Source: Paraspadella gotoi (Eukaryota; Animalia; Chaetognatha). From it: 64,000 nucleotides of DNA. Below the pieces are notes generated by a model. It did not search any database, was not told the origin of the DNA, and saw nothing but the letters and a program-made list of their open reading frames with translations. Position 1 is the stretch's first letter. The number at the start of each line of letters is the position of its first letter. The stretch lies in the NCBI GenBank assembly GCA_051294375.1, contig CM119270.1:198713-262712 (forward strand). The letters are read 5' to 3'. Shown here piece by piece: positions 63,911 to 64,000 of this stretch. The translations under genes and the position numbers were made by a program.

Positions 63911-64000
63911 TTAAAATTGTGAATTAACTTTCTTGTTGCATGTTCTTGTTGGTCAAGGAAAAAAATTGATTCATTACAAATAAAATTTTGTGTGTGGGTT

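Noticed and set aside
63123-63927. Overlapping 200+ aa ORFs on both strands
   Set aside because: Produced by a stop-poor 16-17 bp minisatellite.

Overview
AT-rich, microsatellite-rich animal (invertebrate, probably spiralian) genomic DNA from a noisy long-read gap-filled assembly. It has several 25-N gaps, and redundant or inverted blocks lie beside them. Most entries in the ORF track are low-complexity noise; the real genes were rebuilt by hand from GT-AG exons. (1) A multi-exon muscarinic acetylcholine receptor gene, TM4 to C-terminus (+, 3589-40213). (2) An antisense six-exon secreted Ig-domain gene inside a receptor intron (-, 14536-10848). (3) Two intronless same-strand membrane-protein ORFs in the receptor's last intron: an XK-related-like ORF (35455-36555) and an orphan (37061-38233). 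(4) A complete three-exon neuropeptide precursor with seven FSEFV-G copies (-, 48980-45820), resembling TRH/EFLamide/EFLGamide-type peptides. (5) The 3' exons of a CFAP276/C1orf194 homologue (-), in up to four noisy copies. Also present are MITEs, a Helentron-like element carrying a tRNA-Gly-like segment, SINE-like fragments and minisatellites. Most notable: the FSEFV-amide precursor, the three genes nested in the receptor, and complementary purine/pyrimidine repeats bracketing several receptor introns. All identifications are by motif recognition; no database search was run.
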